In this document: positions 49,901-63,296 of the stretch, piece by piece | Numbering within the stretch: position 1 is the stretch's first letter | Layout of the letters: every line of letters starts with the position of its first letter | DNA from: Intoshia linei | Lineage: Eukaryota; Animalia; Orthonectida | Assembly (NCBI GenBank): GCA_001642005.1 | Contig: LWCA01000067.1 | Location: 1 to 63,296, forward strand | Length of the DNA: 63,296 nucleotides | Reading direction: 5' to 3' | Translations under genes and position numbers: made by a program | Notes under the pieces: generated by a model | Databases searched by the model: none | What the model saw: only the letters and a program-made list of their open reading frames with translations | Told to the model about the DNA's origin: nothing

Positions 49901-52900
49901 ATGATGATACATTAATATCTCTTGTTTTCATAATATTGTGTAAAACGTATTGCTAAAATTTATAAACAATGAATAGTTTTGTTTTATATAGTTCCGTTGA
50001 TTATATGATCTGAAGTATAAGATTGTACTTATTATTTAATAAAAAATATGATTATTGTGACTTTGACTGACGAAAAATAATGAAAAATTTATATATATAT
50101 TTATATCGAACCATCAAATACATTAGTTGGGGTAATCAGACTCACTCTACGAGGTACACCAATAGTAGACTACAAATTTCAAAGGTAGATTTCTACTATG
50201 TATAAAAATACTTGTCTCAGTTTGTCCAATTTAATCATGTAGTCAATTGAATTGATTCTAAGCATGTATTTTTCAAAATGACTATTAGGCATATTTTGAG
50301 TGTTATCATCACAGCCTTTTAATGACATTGCTTTTTTAGCCAAATTGCTTAAATGTTCCGCATTATCCACAATCTAAATAGAATAATAAATTAAAATTAA
50401 CAAATACAAGCTAAAGGCACTAATAAAAATTAATATTTAGAGCTCTTGTGAGAAACAATTAAAAGCGTCATATTGTGTATCGATATGTTTAACATGTTAC
50501 ATTACATACTTTTTTGTTTATTGAAGTATACTAATACTTACACTAGGTAGCTTTGAAACCAAATTGTAAGTAACGTTACATCCATGTGGTTTTGGATTCT
50601 AAATATAAAATGAAACAGATTAATTAGAATAACAACAAAAATCAGTTTTAAATCTGCTTAAATTTTTTATATTAATAATACTGTTAAAAATTGTCAACCA
50701 TTCTCTTCCCATATAAATAATGAAATGTGGACCATACCCCAGAGATTAAAATTGATCTGATCGTCTCTTGTATCTTAAATTAATATTTGTAATAATTGAA
50801 ATAATAAAAAATCATAAATTGAAATTCTCCCATCTGATATAAATTTTAAATTGAATCAAAAATTAATAATTTAAATCTAAATGGGAAAATGATAAATACA
50901 TAATTATTATGATTTATAAATTAAAAATTAATTAATTTTACCTTCTTCGTAAAAAGGCTAAAAAACGAGGACGCCTTTTTGACAATTGAAAAACATATTC
51001 TTTTTCGTAGCATTATTTTTACAGATGATGGATAACTTAAATTCACTATTATCTATAAATTATAAATATATTTCATTTCACTTATTCATTATCCTAATGA
51101 TTGTACAGAAAACAATAATAATTACTTTTACTACTCCAGTTAGATATTCTTCTTTTGGAGTGACTTTATTAAACTCTGCCAATTGATGCAAAGATTTATC
51201 CCATGAAAATGATGCCCAGTGCTATTTTATAAATGATCAAATTTTATTAATTATATTCTATAGTTGGAATAAAAGAATAATTTACATTGTCGGGTTTATC
51301 TTTAAAAAAATAAATTTTTGGTAGTTTTATGTAAGCAGAATCTGATTCTCTGTTTATTATACAATTGAACCCGCATTCAGATTTTATTTCTTGATCCGAA
51401 TAACATTTTATATTTTTAGCTAAAATCAATAATTTGAGAAAATAACAAATACACTCCGCTCATATACATGTATGTAACAACAATTTTTGATTAAACTAAT
51501 ATATAAATATGGGTAGTGATGTACCTTTTTGATGCTTAGATTTACTATAATGTTAATTATGTTAAAAAGCGTCCCATAATTTATGTTTTAATTTTAGGGA
51601 TGATTTTATTTTTTAAAAAAATGGTAAATTGGGTTTTTGACCATGCAGGACTCATTTTCGGAAAAATAAACATAGATATAAACATTACCTGCGAAAAACT
51701 GTATTAGAAATTGGGTTTTGTTAAATTCTAAGACTATGTATTAATTATTATTTATTATTAAGTTATTTTTTAAATATTTGGTAACACAGAGAAACACACA
51801 AACGGACATTCAATGTTATACATGTAAACGATGTCATAAACTATGGACACACTATATAGATATTGAAAATAGAACAATATATTCTTATAGAGTAATTCTT
51901 CTCAAACGTTTTGAAGCATTCACCCCAACATAACAAAAAAATTCGTGTGAGATGTGAAAATTTACAAAACAAATACTATCAGTTATTTACCTATATTAAA
52001 ACAAACAATGGAAAGTTAAAACGATGTAATCGGTGATCACGTAATGACGTAATGTCTACACAAATTTAATTACTGTGAATAAATTTTATAAACGTAAAAT
52101 TTATATTTCTATACAAATATTATTTTTATTGCATTTCTCTTACCACATCAACATATTTACATGCTATCAACTGTAACTATAATTATTTTTCTTAGTTCAA
52201 AATTTATTACATAATACCTATGAACTCGCGCACTCGATACAATCAGTTAAACGCTCTATCAAAATATCGTAAATCAAAAGATAGTAAATCAAATGATCGT
52301 AAATCAAAAGATTGTAAAAATATACTAATATTAGAATTTTTAATTAATATAGATAAAAAAATATTCTCTGGTGTAAACACCATAGAATATTTCTAATTTT
52401 TTTGTAATATGGTTTGTAGGTATAATATGGTATCTTAATAGTTCAGTTTTAACTTAGGTAGATCTACGATCAAATATTATCATATACAGGGGCGGATCCA
52501 AGAGGCTAGTTAATGGGTGCAATTTAATATCAAGAAATTTTTTTAGGGCGTCTCTTTTAATTTCATTTAAAGGTTGTTATACAATAGTTTCCAAATTTCT
52601 ATTTTTTTTTAAAAACAAAAAAAAATGATTAAAATTTAATTAATTAATTATTTTTGTTCATGAAATAATCCTAAATGAACTAGATCCAGTCTTCTTGGAG
52701 GAAGTATTGCAAATTCATTAACTAAACTTTCAATATGAAAATTATAGTCATATTAGCAATTCATGAGGTCCACATAGACGATTACCAGTCATTGTTGATC
52801 TTATAAAGGTTTTCAGTCTTCTCAAAATGCTAATGGAGCGTTCACATTCACATATGGTGATTGGCAATGTTGCCAAAATAATTAATAGTTGATGAATATT

Positions 52901-55900
52901 TGGAAACAAATTAGAATTGCAGCTTTCGATTAATTTTATGATAGTGGTCTTTGAATCAAGTTCTTTTTTTTCCATCTAATATATTCTGCTTTGAGATCTT
53001 CATCTAATAATATACTTCTTAAATCTAAATTCCTAAATCTTCAAAATGACTCGTTTTAAAATAAGTGGGATGTAGGGAAAATCCTTTCAAAAAAATCTGT
53101 TGATCACTGACAAATCGTAGGCTGAGTTTATCTAAAATAGAATCAAAAAAATGAATTGCAATGTTAATTTTAAAAAAAGTCTCAATGTCAGATCCCTCTA
53201 TATTTGCTCTGTAGAGTAGTAGATGTAGTCTACATCTATAATTGATCATGTAGAATCTACATCATTATATACATCATATTTATCATTAAATAAACACTGT
53301 AAGCCATTATGAGCCATATATTGTTTTAATAAATTAAAACCTTTTTCATTTATTTTACAAAACATTAATTAAATTTTTTTGTTAAACTTTAAGGGGTGAA
53401 CTGCACCTTTTGCACCCCCTTGGATCCGCCACTGATATATTAAAATTAATATTAACTACGATTATATAATACGATCTTTTGATTTACGATCAAAAACTAC
53501 GATCATTTTATTTGACGATCATTTGAACGGACACCAACCAGCTATTGTTGGTATCAAGCAAAATTCAGTCAAGATTTTGAATTATAAATAATTTTTCTTA
53601 ATACAATGTATTAAAAGAAAGGAGTGTATTGATTAAAATACAATTTATATCAATGCTTAAATTACCAGTTAAATCCATAAATAATACTGGCATTCTTTTT
53701 TCACAACCTTGTTTTACATTTCTAAGTAAACGTTTTAGAAATCACTAGCATTCCCAATGTTAAAATGATGAATATTAAAACATTGACTAATATGTTATCA
53801 TGATGTATACAATTACTTTAAAGATAGTTTGGCTCCTGGAATACAACTTCCATCAATTGGAGATAAAACAGCCTAAAGTATATAACTATTTAATTAGATG
53901 GATAAAAATTACCTGCTTCTCGGATGTCAATGAAACCCATTGTTCCACCAATTTTGATTCTTCCAAATTTTGCATTTTCGTCTTATCTATAAATATCTAA
54001 ATAATAAAAATACTAATAATGGCATGTTACGCTGTTCTATGGAAGACAAAAAGGAACCAATATGTAACAAAAATATAAAATAGACTAAGCTTACGTATAT
54101 TTAACATCTTATATTTTATGTAATTTTATTATCGGTTTTACCAAAAACATTGTAATTATAATCCACTTTTACCAACCCTTATCAATTAACCTAATTTTAG
54201 CAGCGATTTAGTAAAGGACGACACGTTTACCAACCCTTGGAAAAAAATCTGGACTGACTACTGCTTTGTTTATATTTTCATTTAAACATTTATATATCAG
54301 ACGTTTGTATATCATTTTATATGAAATATCACATCTCTAAAATTATAATACTTCAAATTGCTGAGTCATTATCATTGAAGAATTATCCATGAACATTTGT
54401 TTTTACTGAATTTAAATAATTTGTTTCATTAGATATCATAGTTATCTGTCATTTTTAATTAATTTTCTATATGATGTTATTAATCTGAAATATATATTTT
54501 TAAAATACACTTTGTAGATTGATAAATGTTTAATATATTATTTTAAAGGGTTGGTAAAAGTGGATGTTATCAGTAAAGGCTGGTAAAACGGAGGTTTATG
54601 AAAATTAATTATAATTATAGTAAAATTTTTTATATCTTCTTCAGTAAAACGGAGCATCAAAAGTAGTCAGCCATATATAAATACCCTCCAATTTAGAAAG
54701 AAGATCTAAATCACTTTCAAGGATTTCTCGTTTATGATCCAAAGCATCAGTCCATTTTTGATGAATAATTTTCAAATCAATATCTTGATAGCTGTCTAAT
54801 TGTGTTTCGTTAACGTTTTTAATACAAATTGATCCAATCATGGCAGTTTCGATATCATTAATAATCAGTGGAAGTGAAGATTTGTCATCTTCAGCAACGT
54901 TTACGGTAATTTTAATGTGTTGTGATGCACCCTATAGTCGAATTATAATTAGAAATATCACTTAATTTCGCATACTCTAAATAATCGTACAAATAAATGT
55001 ATTCTTATCAAATTTTAAATTTCCATTGAATTATGAACTATAAATGGTAGTATATCTTAACTTATATAATATGCTATGTGATTTTTGTCTGTGTGTGTTC
55101 CACTTTATTGAAATAACTACCACTCTTAGAATTTTTTAAAGATCACATTTCAATTGTAGTTTTTTCCGGGACATATATTAAGATAAATTTCAACCTCCCA
55201 ATTTCACCTCTTACGGGTCAAAAACCCCAGTTGTCCCTCTTTTTGAAAATCAAACGAATTGGAGAATTTAAAAAAATATATACGCTGATACGAATGTTAA
55301 AATCATAAACATTACCATAATTTAAATTTAAAAAAATTATATTTTCAGGGCCAAAACCACAAACTATTTATTTTTTTTAATAAAAACAACCCTAGAATTT
55401 CAAAAAATTTACAGGTTTTACATTTGTATTCTGTTAACACACACAAAAAATTTCAATCAGAATAAGTGACGACTTCATGGTCAAAAAAGCATTTTATAGA
55501 ACTATAATTTACTAGAACTACTGAACTGACTAAAGATGATATAACCATAGACACAAACATACATAAATATTCGATATGCATAAAATATAGTTTTAATTTT
55601 GAACACCTCGTAATATAAACAAACTGAAAACTATAATCTATAAACTTATTCATTTGCCTCGTCACGGAAATTATGGGATGCTTCAATTCAATCATTAATT
55701 TATATATTTAAATATATGATTATTCAATTATTATTATTTCTAATTCAAACGAACACTAAATACATTAAGGGACGTTTGTTTTGAGATTACCGAGACTTCT
55801 TTAAACAATTTTTAACAATATTGATATATAGTTTACCAAATTTAAATTAAACAGACCACCACTTTCTATACATTTATCATATTCCATTTCGACATGTTCG

Positions 55901-58900
55901 TAGATATTGTTTGATGTAATTTCAAATATTTCCATCTTGACATCCATTTTTTTAGAAATTTCAACCCACCTAAAATGTTATTCAAATATTATTTATTAGC
56001 AAAAAATTATATTCTTTTGTTAACCGAAAATGTAATATCCTCATTAATTAATGAAATGTTAAATAGTGGCATATGTAGGATTTTTGTATCAAAAATTATT
56101 AATTTTTTACTGTTAATAAATATTTTTCTTTATCCCTTTCACTGTCCTTGCATATAATGTTATTCAAGGCAAATTTAGAAAAACTTTATTAATTTTTATA
56201 ACCTCAAGCATTTCATAAATACCATCAATATCATATAGAAATCAGTACATTTAAGAGTATTAGATGAACAATAAAACCAATTTAGTAAGTGCAATATAAA
56301 ATTTTACAAGTTAAAATTAAAACGAATATTTCAGATAGTCAATGCTCAGGAATTAATTAAGATGTCCACAAGCATATGAAGGCTGATATTACGTATGTTA
56401 CACTGTCTATTTCACCAATTTCAAACGAAGCAAAAAGTTATATTATACACCAGATGATATCAAAACTTTAAAAAATTGAACTAGCAGATAGATTTAAGTC
56501 AATAGTCATTGTTTAAACTTTAAAGTGACCAGATTAAAAAAAAATTGAATTTAGAGTTTGAAATAGAAATAAAGTTAGTATAAACATGCGTTTCATTTTC
56601 TTACATCGATATTATTATGTCTGATTCTACCTATAAAGTTTTGATGGTGTTTAAACTAGTGTTAAAATGTAAAACTAGATGGTAAAAACCAGTGAGCATG
56701 TTATGCTGATTGTATAAATGTGAATGATCACAGATTGAGCTCAGAACTATCATCAAAATCCAATTAATATATGAGATATTTATAATTTTATGAACTTGTA
56801 CTGTACTTAACAAACATGTGATACAAATGCGATACGATCTCGTTATATTATGGATAAAATAGATATCAGATCGTTTATTTTTCCAACATTTTGGTAACTT
56901 ATTTCAATTTTTGAAATAATCTCATTTACCATGATTTTAGTATGGCTAATGTAACTTAATTATCACTGACATCATCCATAATCTTATAAAATTTCGTTTT
57001 TGTAAATTATAAATATTTTTAAATTACTGTTCATTTAATACTTTTAGTTTATCCTCAATCAATCCTGCGTTAATATTACAGTTACTGTCTATTTTGGTAT
57101 TATCTGCACTATTTTTTCCATAAACTGCAATAGACATTGCACATTCGCTTAAATATTCCAAAAATTCATCTGTTACAGAAATTTGAAACTTCTAAATTAT
57201 AACTTTAAATGTCATATAGCCCATAAATAAAGATTTATATATAACGATACCTGATTATTGTTGATGTAAAATTTCGATCCAGTCTTATTGGGCAATGCTT
57301 CTATAAACTCATCAGATTTTATATCCCAAAATTGATATTTTATAGATAAATAATTGTGTTTATGTGGTATAACATCAAATATTTCGCTAATACTTATAGA
57401 AATTTCAACAGACATTCCATTATGTAACTTGTTTTCGATACCATCTTCCATTTCCGTACTAGAATCTTCATAGAAACAGGAATCAATGTTATCTACAATA
57501 CGGCGTCCGATCCCTATTTCTATTTTACCGATTATCTAATAAAATAAAATATAAAATTAACTTGGACATATAAAATATATACCTCGCCTTCTTCGTTTAT
57601 TACAGGTACGTGATACATAAAGGGAAGATCATACAATAATGCGACTAGATACATGTTCCCCATTCCCAAAAATTGAGATGTGTTTAATTCGAAAATTTCA
57701 ATTACCAGCTCATTCATTTCAGATTGCTACGATTATTTTTATTATTTAATTATATTGATAGATTCAGAGCCGAAGCTACCAGAACCCTTCTTTGGGAAGG
57801 GAAATGCTTCGACCAAATTCTTGTCTAACGGGCACTTTATATATTTCCAAAATGACAATTTAAAAAAATTTATATTGTCTTATATCCTTAATTCTAAGCA
57901 CAGCTTTGTTAACCCTTAGACCAGTGCTTTCCAACCGGTGTGTCGCGACACATTTGTGTGTCACCAATTATCTCCAGATGTGTCGCAAAACTTTTTAAAA
58001 TTTATTTAATTTATTTTTTAAAATTTGTTACATAACTAATATAGCGTTATTTTTCACTAAATTTGATTAAATTCATCACCAAAATGATTATTTTACAGTC
58101 AAAATCAATAAATAAAACATCAAATTAGTCATCAAATACACCTTTTCATATCGTTCACGCACATTTTTGAAATAATGAAAAAATAATTTAAATCTCGTTT
58201 ATACAAATGTGATTTTATGTTATATATAAAGATATTAAAAGAATATGTTCATCAAAACAATCACAAATCTCTCATTAATTTTGTAATGTATTAGATATAA
58301 ACATTTATATTATACTAGTACATGTATTTGAAATGATTTTATTATTTTTGTATTTGTTCACTTTTATTCACACTTTTTTCAATTTATACCTTTTATTTAA
58401 TAACATTACATATATAATTAATTTTAATCTATAGTGGAGCAATAATTTTATATTTATTTTGTTATTATTATTAGAAAAATTTTCGTTTCAACGAATCAAC
58501 AGTGGCGTATCTTTAAAAAACATCAGTACAAAATTTTAAACTCATAATAAATTTCAATTAGAATAAATTTGTACATCGTAAAAATTAAATAAATATTTTC
58601 TATAGAGATTTAAATTCTAAAATTATACTTAATTTAACTGAAGTCTTAATGTGTCTTGAAAATTTTGCGAACACAATTTCATAGTATCTTAATAATAAAT
58701 TTATGCTCACATTTATAATATGAAAATATTTTCTATAGAGATTTACATTGTCAAATTTTACTCAAGGTGTGTTGAAAATAAAATGAACAACTTACACTTA
58801 GATATAGATTTAGACTTTGATTTAAATATATTATTCTATTTCTAATTGGCAGGGTTACCAACATTAATTATTCTTAACCCTAAGTTTTGAGCCAAGCATG

Positions 58901-61900
58901 GCTGAAGTGCAGCGAAGCGTGAAAAATTTTTGTGGGCCCTCTTTTAGTTTGGGGTCTCTTTTTCAAAAAATAATAAAAGTTTACACACAATTTTTATTGC
59001 AAATTTCAAAATAAATACTTTAAATTTTTCATAACAAATAGCAAATAGCACATTTCAAAATGACTTCATGATGAATACTTTAGAGAAAAAAAATGACACA
59101 ACACAAAAGATAAGATCAAAATCAATTATTTTCGACAATTATATTTTTGTTATTAGAGAAAAAAATTATAGAATATAAATAAAATATGTCTGATCTGATG
59201 ATTTTGATTGAAATAATTAACTTACCCTGAGAAATATCACTTAACCCTGAACCTTGAGTTGAATTAGAAAACCCGAATTTTCAGGGGGAAAATAACGCAG
59301 TTGGCAACATTGCTAATTAGTCAAAAATTTTGTTTACAAGAATGAAACAAATTAAGTTCATATCAAATACAAGTTATCTTTCAAGCATCTTTATAGAAGT
59401 GGTTTTAAATTTTCTGTATTCGCGACCCCTTATGAACATTTCTTTATATTTCGGTATTTATTTTAACTTTATTTAAAAATTTTACTTTACCAAGGAACCA
59501 TTCCCGTTCACCTTGTGAGAAAAGTCACGCTACGCCACTGCGAATCAATAGTATATTTTTAGATTAATGTGTCCAAAAAGTTTTCGGATTGAAATGTGTG
59601 TCGCCAACCAAAATGGATTGGAAAGCACTGCCTTAGACACTACAATGAAACTTTGACTTTATTATTGTTAGTAACTTTCATATTATTATAATTTATGTTA
59701 CTAAATATATTTTGAAAAGGTAATATTATTTTTAATGAAGTTTAGCCTTAATTTTTATAAAAATTTTTGTATCATAATAATTAAAATGTCATATCTGATA
59801 TAAAAAATTTTAATGTAAATTTTTTCACAAGTTAATTTGTTATTTTAAATTTAATAGTTGGCATACTAAAGTTCCGCTATTGTTATACCGTGAAAAAACT
59901 TAAATGGATTATATTATGGATATATGGATTAACTTAAATATTAGAGAATGTAATATTATATGACTATATAATATTAATTACCAAATCATTAGATATTAAC
60001 TTGTTTTCATTATAAACATCTCTCAAAATTAAAAATTTGTTTTCAAAATTGTCAATTGTATATATTCGCACTAGAAATTTGTAAACAACTTCAATGGCAC
60101 CATCGGATATTAATATGTTCTGCTAAAATAAAAATATAAAATGGTTAGAATTGAATTAATAACTAAGAATGTACTTTATGTATTAATATGGTATTATCAT
60201 ATAAAAACGAATTACAGATCGATTTGCGCATAAATTTTCTGGTGGAATGGTTAATGTTGGATAACATACACAATCAATATCATATTCTCGCATTATTGCA
60301 TTGCATTCTTCAGATAAGGTTTCAGCAATATATACAGTTTCTTTTAAATAATTAAATAGTCTATTTAGTTGTTTTTCACGGCTAAATATTATACTTTTCA
60401 AATATATTCAATACTGGCTAGACTGTTTAGTATCTCATCAAAATATTCAGAGCCGAAGCTACCATACTCCGAGGACACCTTAGGGGAGGGGGTGAGGCCT
60501 CGACAATTGTATTATTATTGTTACCTCATTTTTTAAAATTAAGCATTTAAAAAATTCTATCTCTGAACATCAGTACTATTTTGAATTTAAAATTTCATGC
60601 TAAGACCACTGGTGATGTAACTAGGGCCTATTTTTATTGGTATATTTGGCTTTTGAGATATATGTAGTTGTATGGAGTTCATAGTCAGATCTAAGAAATT
60701 CATACCAAAAAGTTTTGATTGTAAATTTCTCATGTTTAAATTGTTATTTTTTTATGAAATAAAATTGAATCCATGCATCATCTACATTTGATTTATTATA
60801 CTTGTTGTTTATACTTACTAGACGACATTTATTATACATAAAATGAAGTGAAGTCATCACTAATTCGGATTTAAATTTTATGTGTGTGTTAACAAGATAC
60901 ATCTGTACCACCTGTAAATTTTTTTAAATTCTAGGGCTTATTCATTAAAAAAAGATTCATTCATTCACTGTTTTCATTAAAAAAAAAGGTAATTTAGGGT
61001 TTTGGCTTTGAAGATATAATTTTTTTAAATTTAAATTTACGATAATAATTATGATTTTAAAATCTGTATCAGCATATATATTTTTTTAAATTCTCCAACA
61101 CGTTTGATTTTCAAAAAAAAAGGAAAATTGGGGTTTTTAACCCGTAAGATGTGAGTTTGGGAGATTGAAATTTATTTTGCGAACACCTCGGAAAATACTG
61201 TAATTCAAATTTGGACTTTATAAAATTCTAAACTGATAGTTATTTCAATAAAGTGGAACACACACAAACAAAAACCACGTACCATATTATATAAGTAAGG
61301 ATAATATTTTCAGTGTAATTTAAACAAATTTAGATTAGTAACATTACATTAATAAAATATTTTTCCTAAAATCGTAACATCACGCAGACAACCACTTATT
61401 TAAAGTTTAAATTAAAGTTTAAAGTATCAAATTGAAATTGAATTAACTGGACTTTCCATTAAGAATAAAATATTAACAAATAGCATAGAAAAACATAATT
61501 TTAACTAAGCATAATAATGACAATTCGAAAATTACTTATCATACTGAGGTTCTTCATATTTGGTTTTATCGAAGTAACTGTTTAAATCAGTAGATGTCCT
61601 TGTATAAACATCTTCATTAGAACTTAGTGTAGTTGTAAATTCATCAGAACTAATTTTATTCAAAGCTAGTTGACTTTGCAAATCTTTCGATTTTAATAGA
61701 TTACGCATCTTTTCCATTTGATCTTCAAAACATTCTTTTTGTTGCATCAAAGCATCTAACATAACATTAAAAAAATTGCCTATATATTCCTAATAATACA
61801 GACTGTCCACTATTATATGCAATTAAAATAGTTATACCTATACTAATATACGAAGTTGACTAATTTAATGTATATATTAAATCAAAATATGTTCATTTTA

Positions 61901-62963
61901 ATATTAACATGATATATACACAAAATATATTACACATATGACATAATACACACTAGGGTGTCACACCCATCAAAAAATCAAGGATGGTTAAAGTGCAAAT
62001 GGTGTATTTTAGGGAAAAACCAATTAATATACAATTTTATTTGACAAAAATATCTACTCGCTGTGCGTTTAACATTTTAAATAATCCATTACAAATCTTA
62101 TAGTAAAATTAAAATATAATTTTATTTTTTTTAAAAACAGTGTTATAGTGAATTTTCATGGTTTACAGAGTATTATGTTAATCACCGTTTATAACTAAAC
62201 ATCTTAGTTTTTCACTTTACATTTATACCCTAAATTTAAGAAATTGAATCGTTGATAAAAATCGAACTAAGATAGCTAAAATGAAAATTAAAAAACTAAG
62301 ATTTTTAGTTATAAACGGTGATTAACATAATACTCTGTAATCCGTACACCATATAAAAAATGTACCACTTTTATCAGCCAAATGTTTAACTTCCATGTTT
62401 TCTATCATCCTTGTAAATGACTCACGTCTCTTTAAAGGAGAATTACCAATTGTAGCTTCTTTTATGACACTTTCATATTCATTAGTTTCAATGTTTTCTA
62501 ATATGTTTTTACCTAATTGCATTATTTATAATACATGAACGCAAACAATTTTTAAAATATGATCATATAATACCGGCGTGGCTCAATTAATTCATATAAT
62601 CGAGATATAAACACGCACCAATACAATTAGTAATCAGTATTTTTCTGAGAGGTGAGTAAATTATATTCATTACCATTAGCATACGGTGTATGAAGTCGAA
62701 AAACATGCCTATATCCAAACAAAATATGATCCCCGTTGAACAATTCAGTTTCTTTTAGTACATTTTGTGAATTTACAAAAGTTCTAAATTAGAATTTAAT
62801 ATAACTTGATGATAATGTACCTTGCATTTGACTTCACAGTTAAAAATATTTTTTCATTGATATCATCAATATTTAGAATTGCATGAATGGAAGAAATTCC
62901 TGTACCACTTATATTTATATCAACGTGATCACTCGTTCCATTACCAATAACAGTTGTATCTTT
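40915..62963 (-). CDS. KIF13: Kinesin-3 KIF13/Khc-73 orthologue, FHA to C-terminus (motor domain lies right of the window)
   Basis: FHA exons ~62674-62963 (TVIG..ISGTGISSIHA, TFVN..LFNGDHILFG). Stalk motifs TLTIPPENLCANR (60183-60401), FLGMGNMYLVALLYDLPFMYHVPVINEEGE (~57584-57728) and DSYQDIDLKIIHQKWTDAL (~54690-54930). A 2568-nt low-complexity exon at 43541-46108. CAP-Gly split over 42858-43055 and 40915-41036 (GRIRFIGNTEFASGLWIGVE..GKHDGTVNGKIYFKC..GIFVRP). Confidence 0.92.
41592..41935. mobile_element. MITE with inverted subterminal short repeats (AAAAACGGCAC-like), possibly MULE-derived
   Basis: AAAAACGTCACATAAAAAACGGCAAC at left versus GTGCCGTTTTT-like units x3 at right. Internal 41725-41820 is shared, inverted, with 52385-52465. 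Confidence 0.5.
42015..42810 (+). mobile_element. Helitron-like family copy (internal part plus duplicated 3' module)
   Basis: Inverse match to 2255-2830, continuing into the 3' module (42598-42810) that is also seen at 46235-46390, 46780-46931 and 8844-8990. Confidence 0.75.
46235..46931. repeat. ~700-bp foldback formed by two outward-facing Helitron-like 3' ends (~240-bp arms)
   Basis: 46235-46480 is inverted relative to ~46700-46931. The right arm ends with hairpin GCTGTTTGTAC-GTA-GTACAAAACAGC (46898-46923), then CAAG-CTAG|T. Confidence 0.8.
47639..47955 (+). mobile_element. Helitron-like family 5' fragment
   Basis: A|TCCTAACTTATATAATATGC start; matches 55055-55360. Confidence 0.75.
52487..53434 (-). 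mobile_element. hAT deletion derivative with a C-terminal dimerisation-domain relic
   Basis: TIR CAGGGGCGGATCCAAG / CTTGGATCCGCCACTG; FPNIHQLLIILATLPITICECERSISILRRLKTFIRSTM (hATC). It sits inside a MITE with AAATGATCGT subterminal repeats (~52250-53535). Confidence 0.85.
55055..55496 (+). mobile_element. Helitron-like family 5' half
   Basis: A|TCTTAACTTATATAATATGC start; inverse of 60850-61301 and 2580-2971. Confidence 0.78.
58500..59540. mobile_element. hAT MITE, middle layer
   Basis: TIR CAGTGGCGTA / TACGCCACTG; perfect TSD CGAATCAA. Confidence 0.9.
58850..59312. mobile_element. hAT MITE, inner layer
   Basis: TIR CAGGGTTACCAAC / GTTGGCAACATTG; TSD CTAATTGG/CTAATTAG; empty-site paralog at ~3359. 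Confidence 0.8.
60850..61301 (-). mobile_element. Helitron-like family 5' half
   Basis: Minus strand starts A|TCCTTACTTATAT; inverse of 55055-55480. Confidence 0.78.
62166..62337. mobile_element. Tc1/mariner-type MITE
   Basis: TA|CAGAGTATTATGTTAATCACCGTTTATAACTAAA, a perfect 34-bp TIR extending imperfectly to ~55 bp; TA TSD. Confidence 0.9.
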
Positions 62964-63296
62964 CTATGTTATATAAATTTAATAAGGAAAGTCAGTCGTA
63001 TCATGCAACATTATCCAAATAATTCATCATCACGATTAGAATAACATATTGTTTCCATTTAATGACAAATTGACGCAATGTAACTCATCATTAATATATA
63101 ATTGAATTTTACTTACAAGACATGTGACGAAAACCCGTAGAAAATTAGGTGACGCCCATTTAAAGAAGATCAAAACTAATCGTTATGTAAATTGTTATAT
63201 TAGGTCGTTTCATAAGTAATGTCGTTTTTATTGTAACTTTAATATAAATTATTATATCTTTACGAATATTTACTGTAAGTGCGTTATTTTTTTATT

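Larger units (their letters stand above)
57922..59630. mobile_element. hAT MITE, outer layer of a nested trio
   Basis: TIR CAGTGCTTTCCAA / TTGGAAAGCACTG; perfect TSD CCTTAGAC. Confidence 0.9.

Noticed and set aside
1-63296. Non-standard genetic code or stop readthrough
   Set aside because: All well-supported genes translate cleanly with the standard code once short introns are removed.

Overview
Very AT-rich metazoan nuclear DNA with spliceosomal GT-AG introns that are either tiny (35-47 nt) or inflated by DNA transposons. The organism is probably a genome-reduced, fast-evolving invertebrate such as an orthonectid-like parasite; that is inference only. Genes, left to right: G-alpha-o (minus, runs off the left edge), GCN1 (minus, about 2814 aa, first exon 7.6 kb), TOP3B (minus), ATG16 (minus, WD40 region apparently truncated), RPS25 (plus, head-to-head with ATG16), an uncharacterised Lys-rich multi-exon gene (minus), an SNX4-like PX-BAR sorting nexin (minus), and the 3' 22 kb of a KIF13/Khc-73 kinesin-3 (minus; FHA, stalk and CAP-Gly; motor domain outside the window). 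Mobile DNA: MULE, Ty3/Gypsy and TRT (DD37E) relics, one Tc1 DD34E element with an intact ORF, many hAT MITEs with 8-bp TSDs (one set nested three deep), piggyBac and Tc1 MITEs, and about a dozen copies of a non-autonomous Helitron-like family. The most notable structure is three Helitron 3' ends in alternating orientation that bracket a frame-symmetric 2.6-kb KIF13 exon plus the first CAP-Gly exon. All gene models were spliced by eye and no database searches were run.
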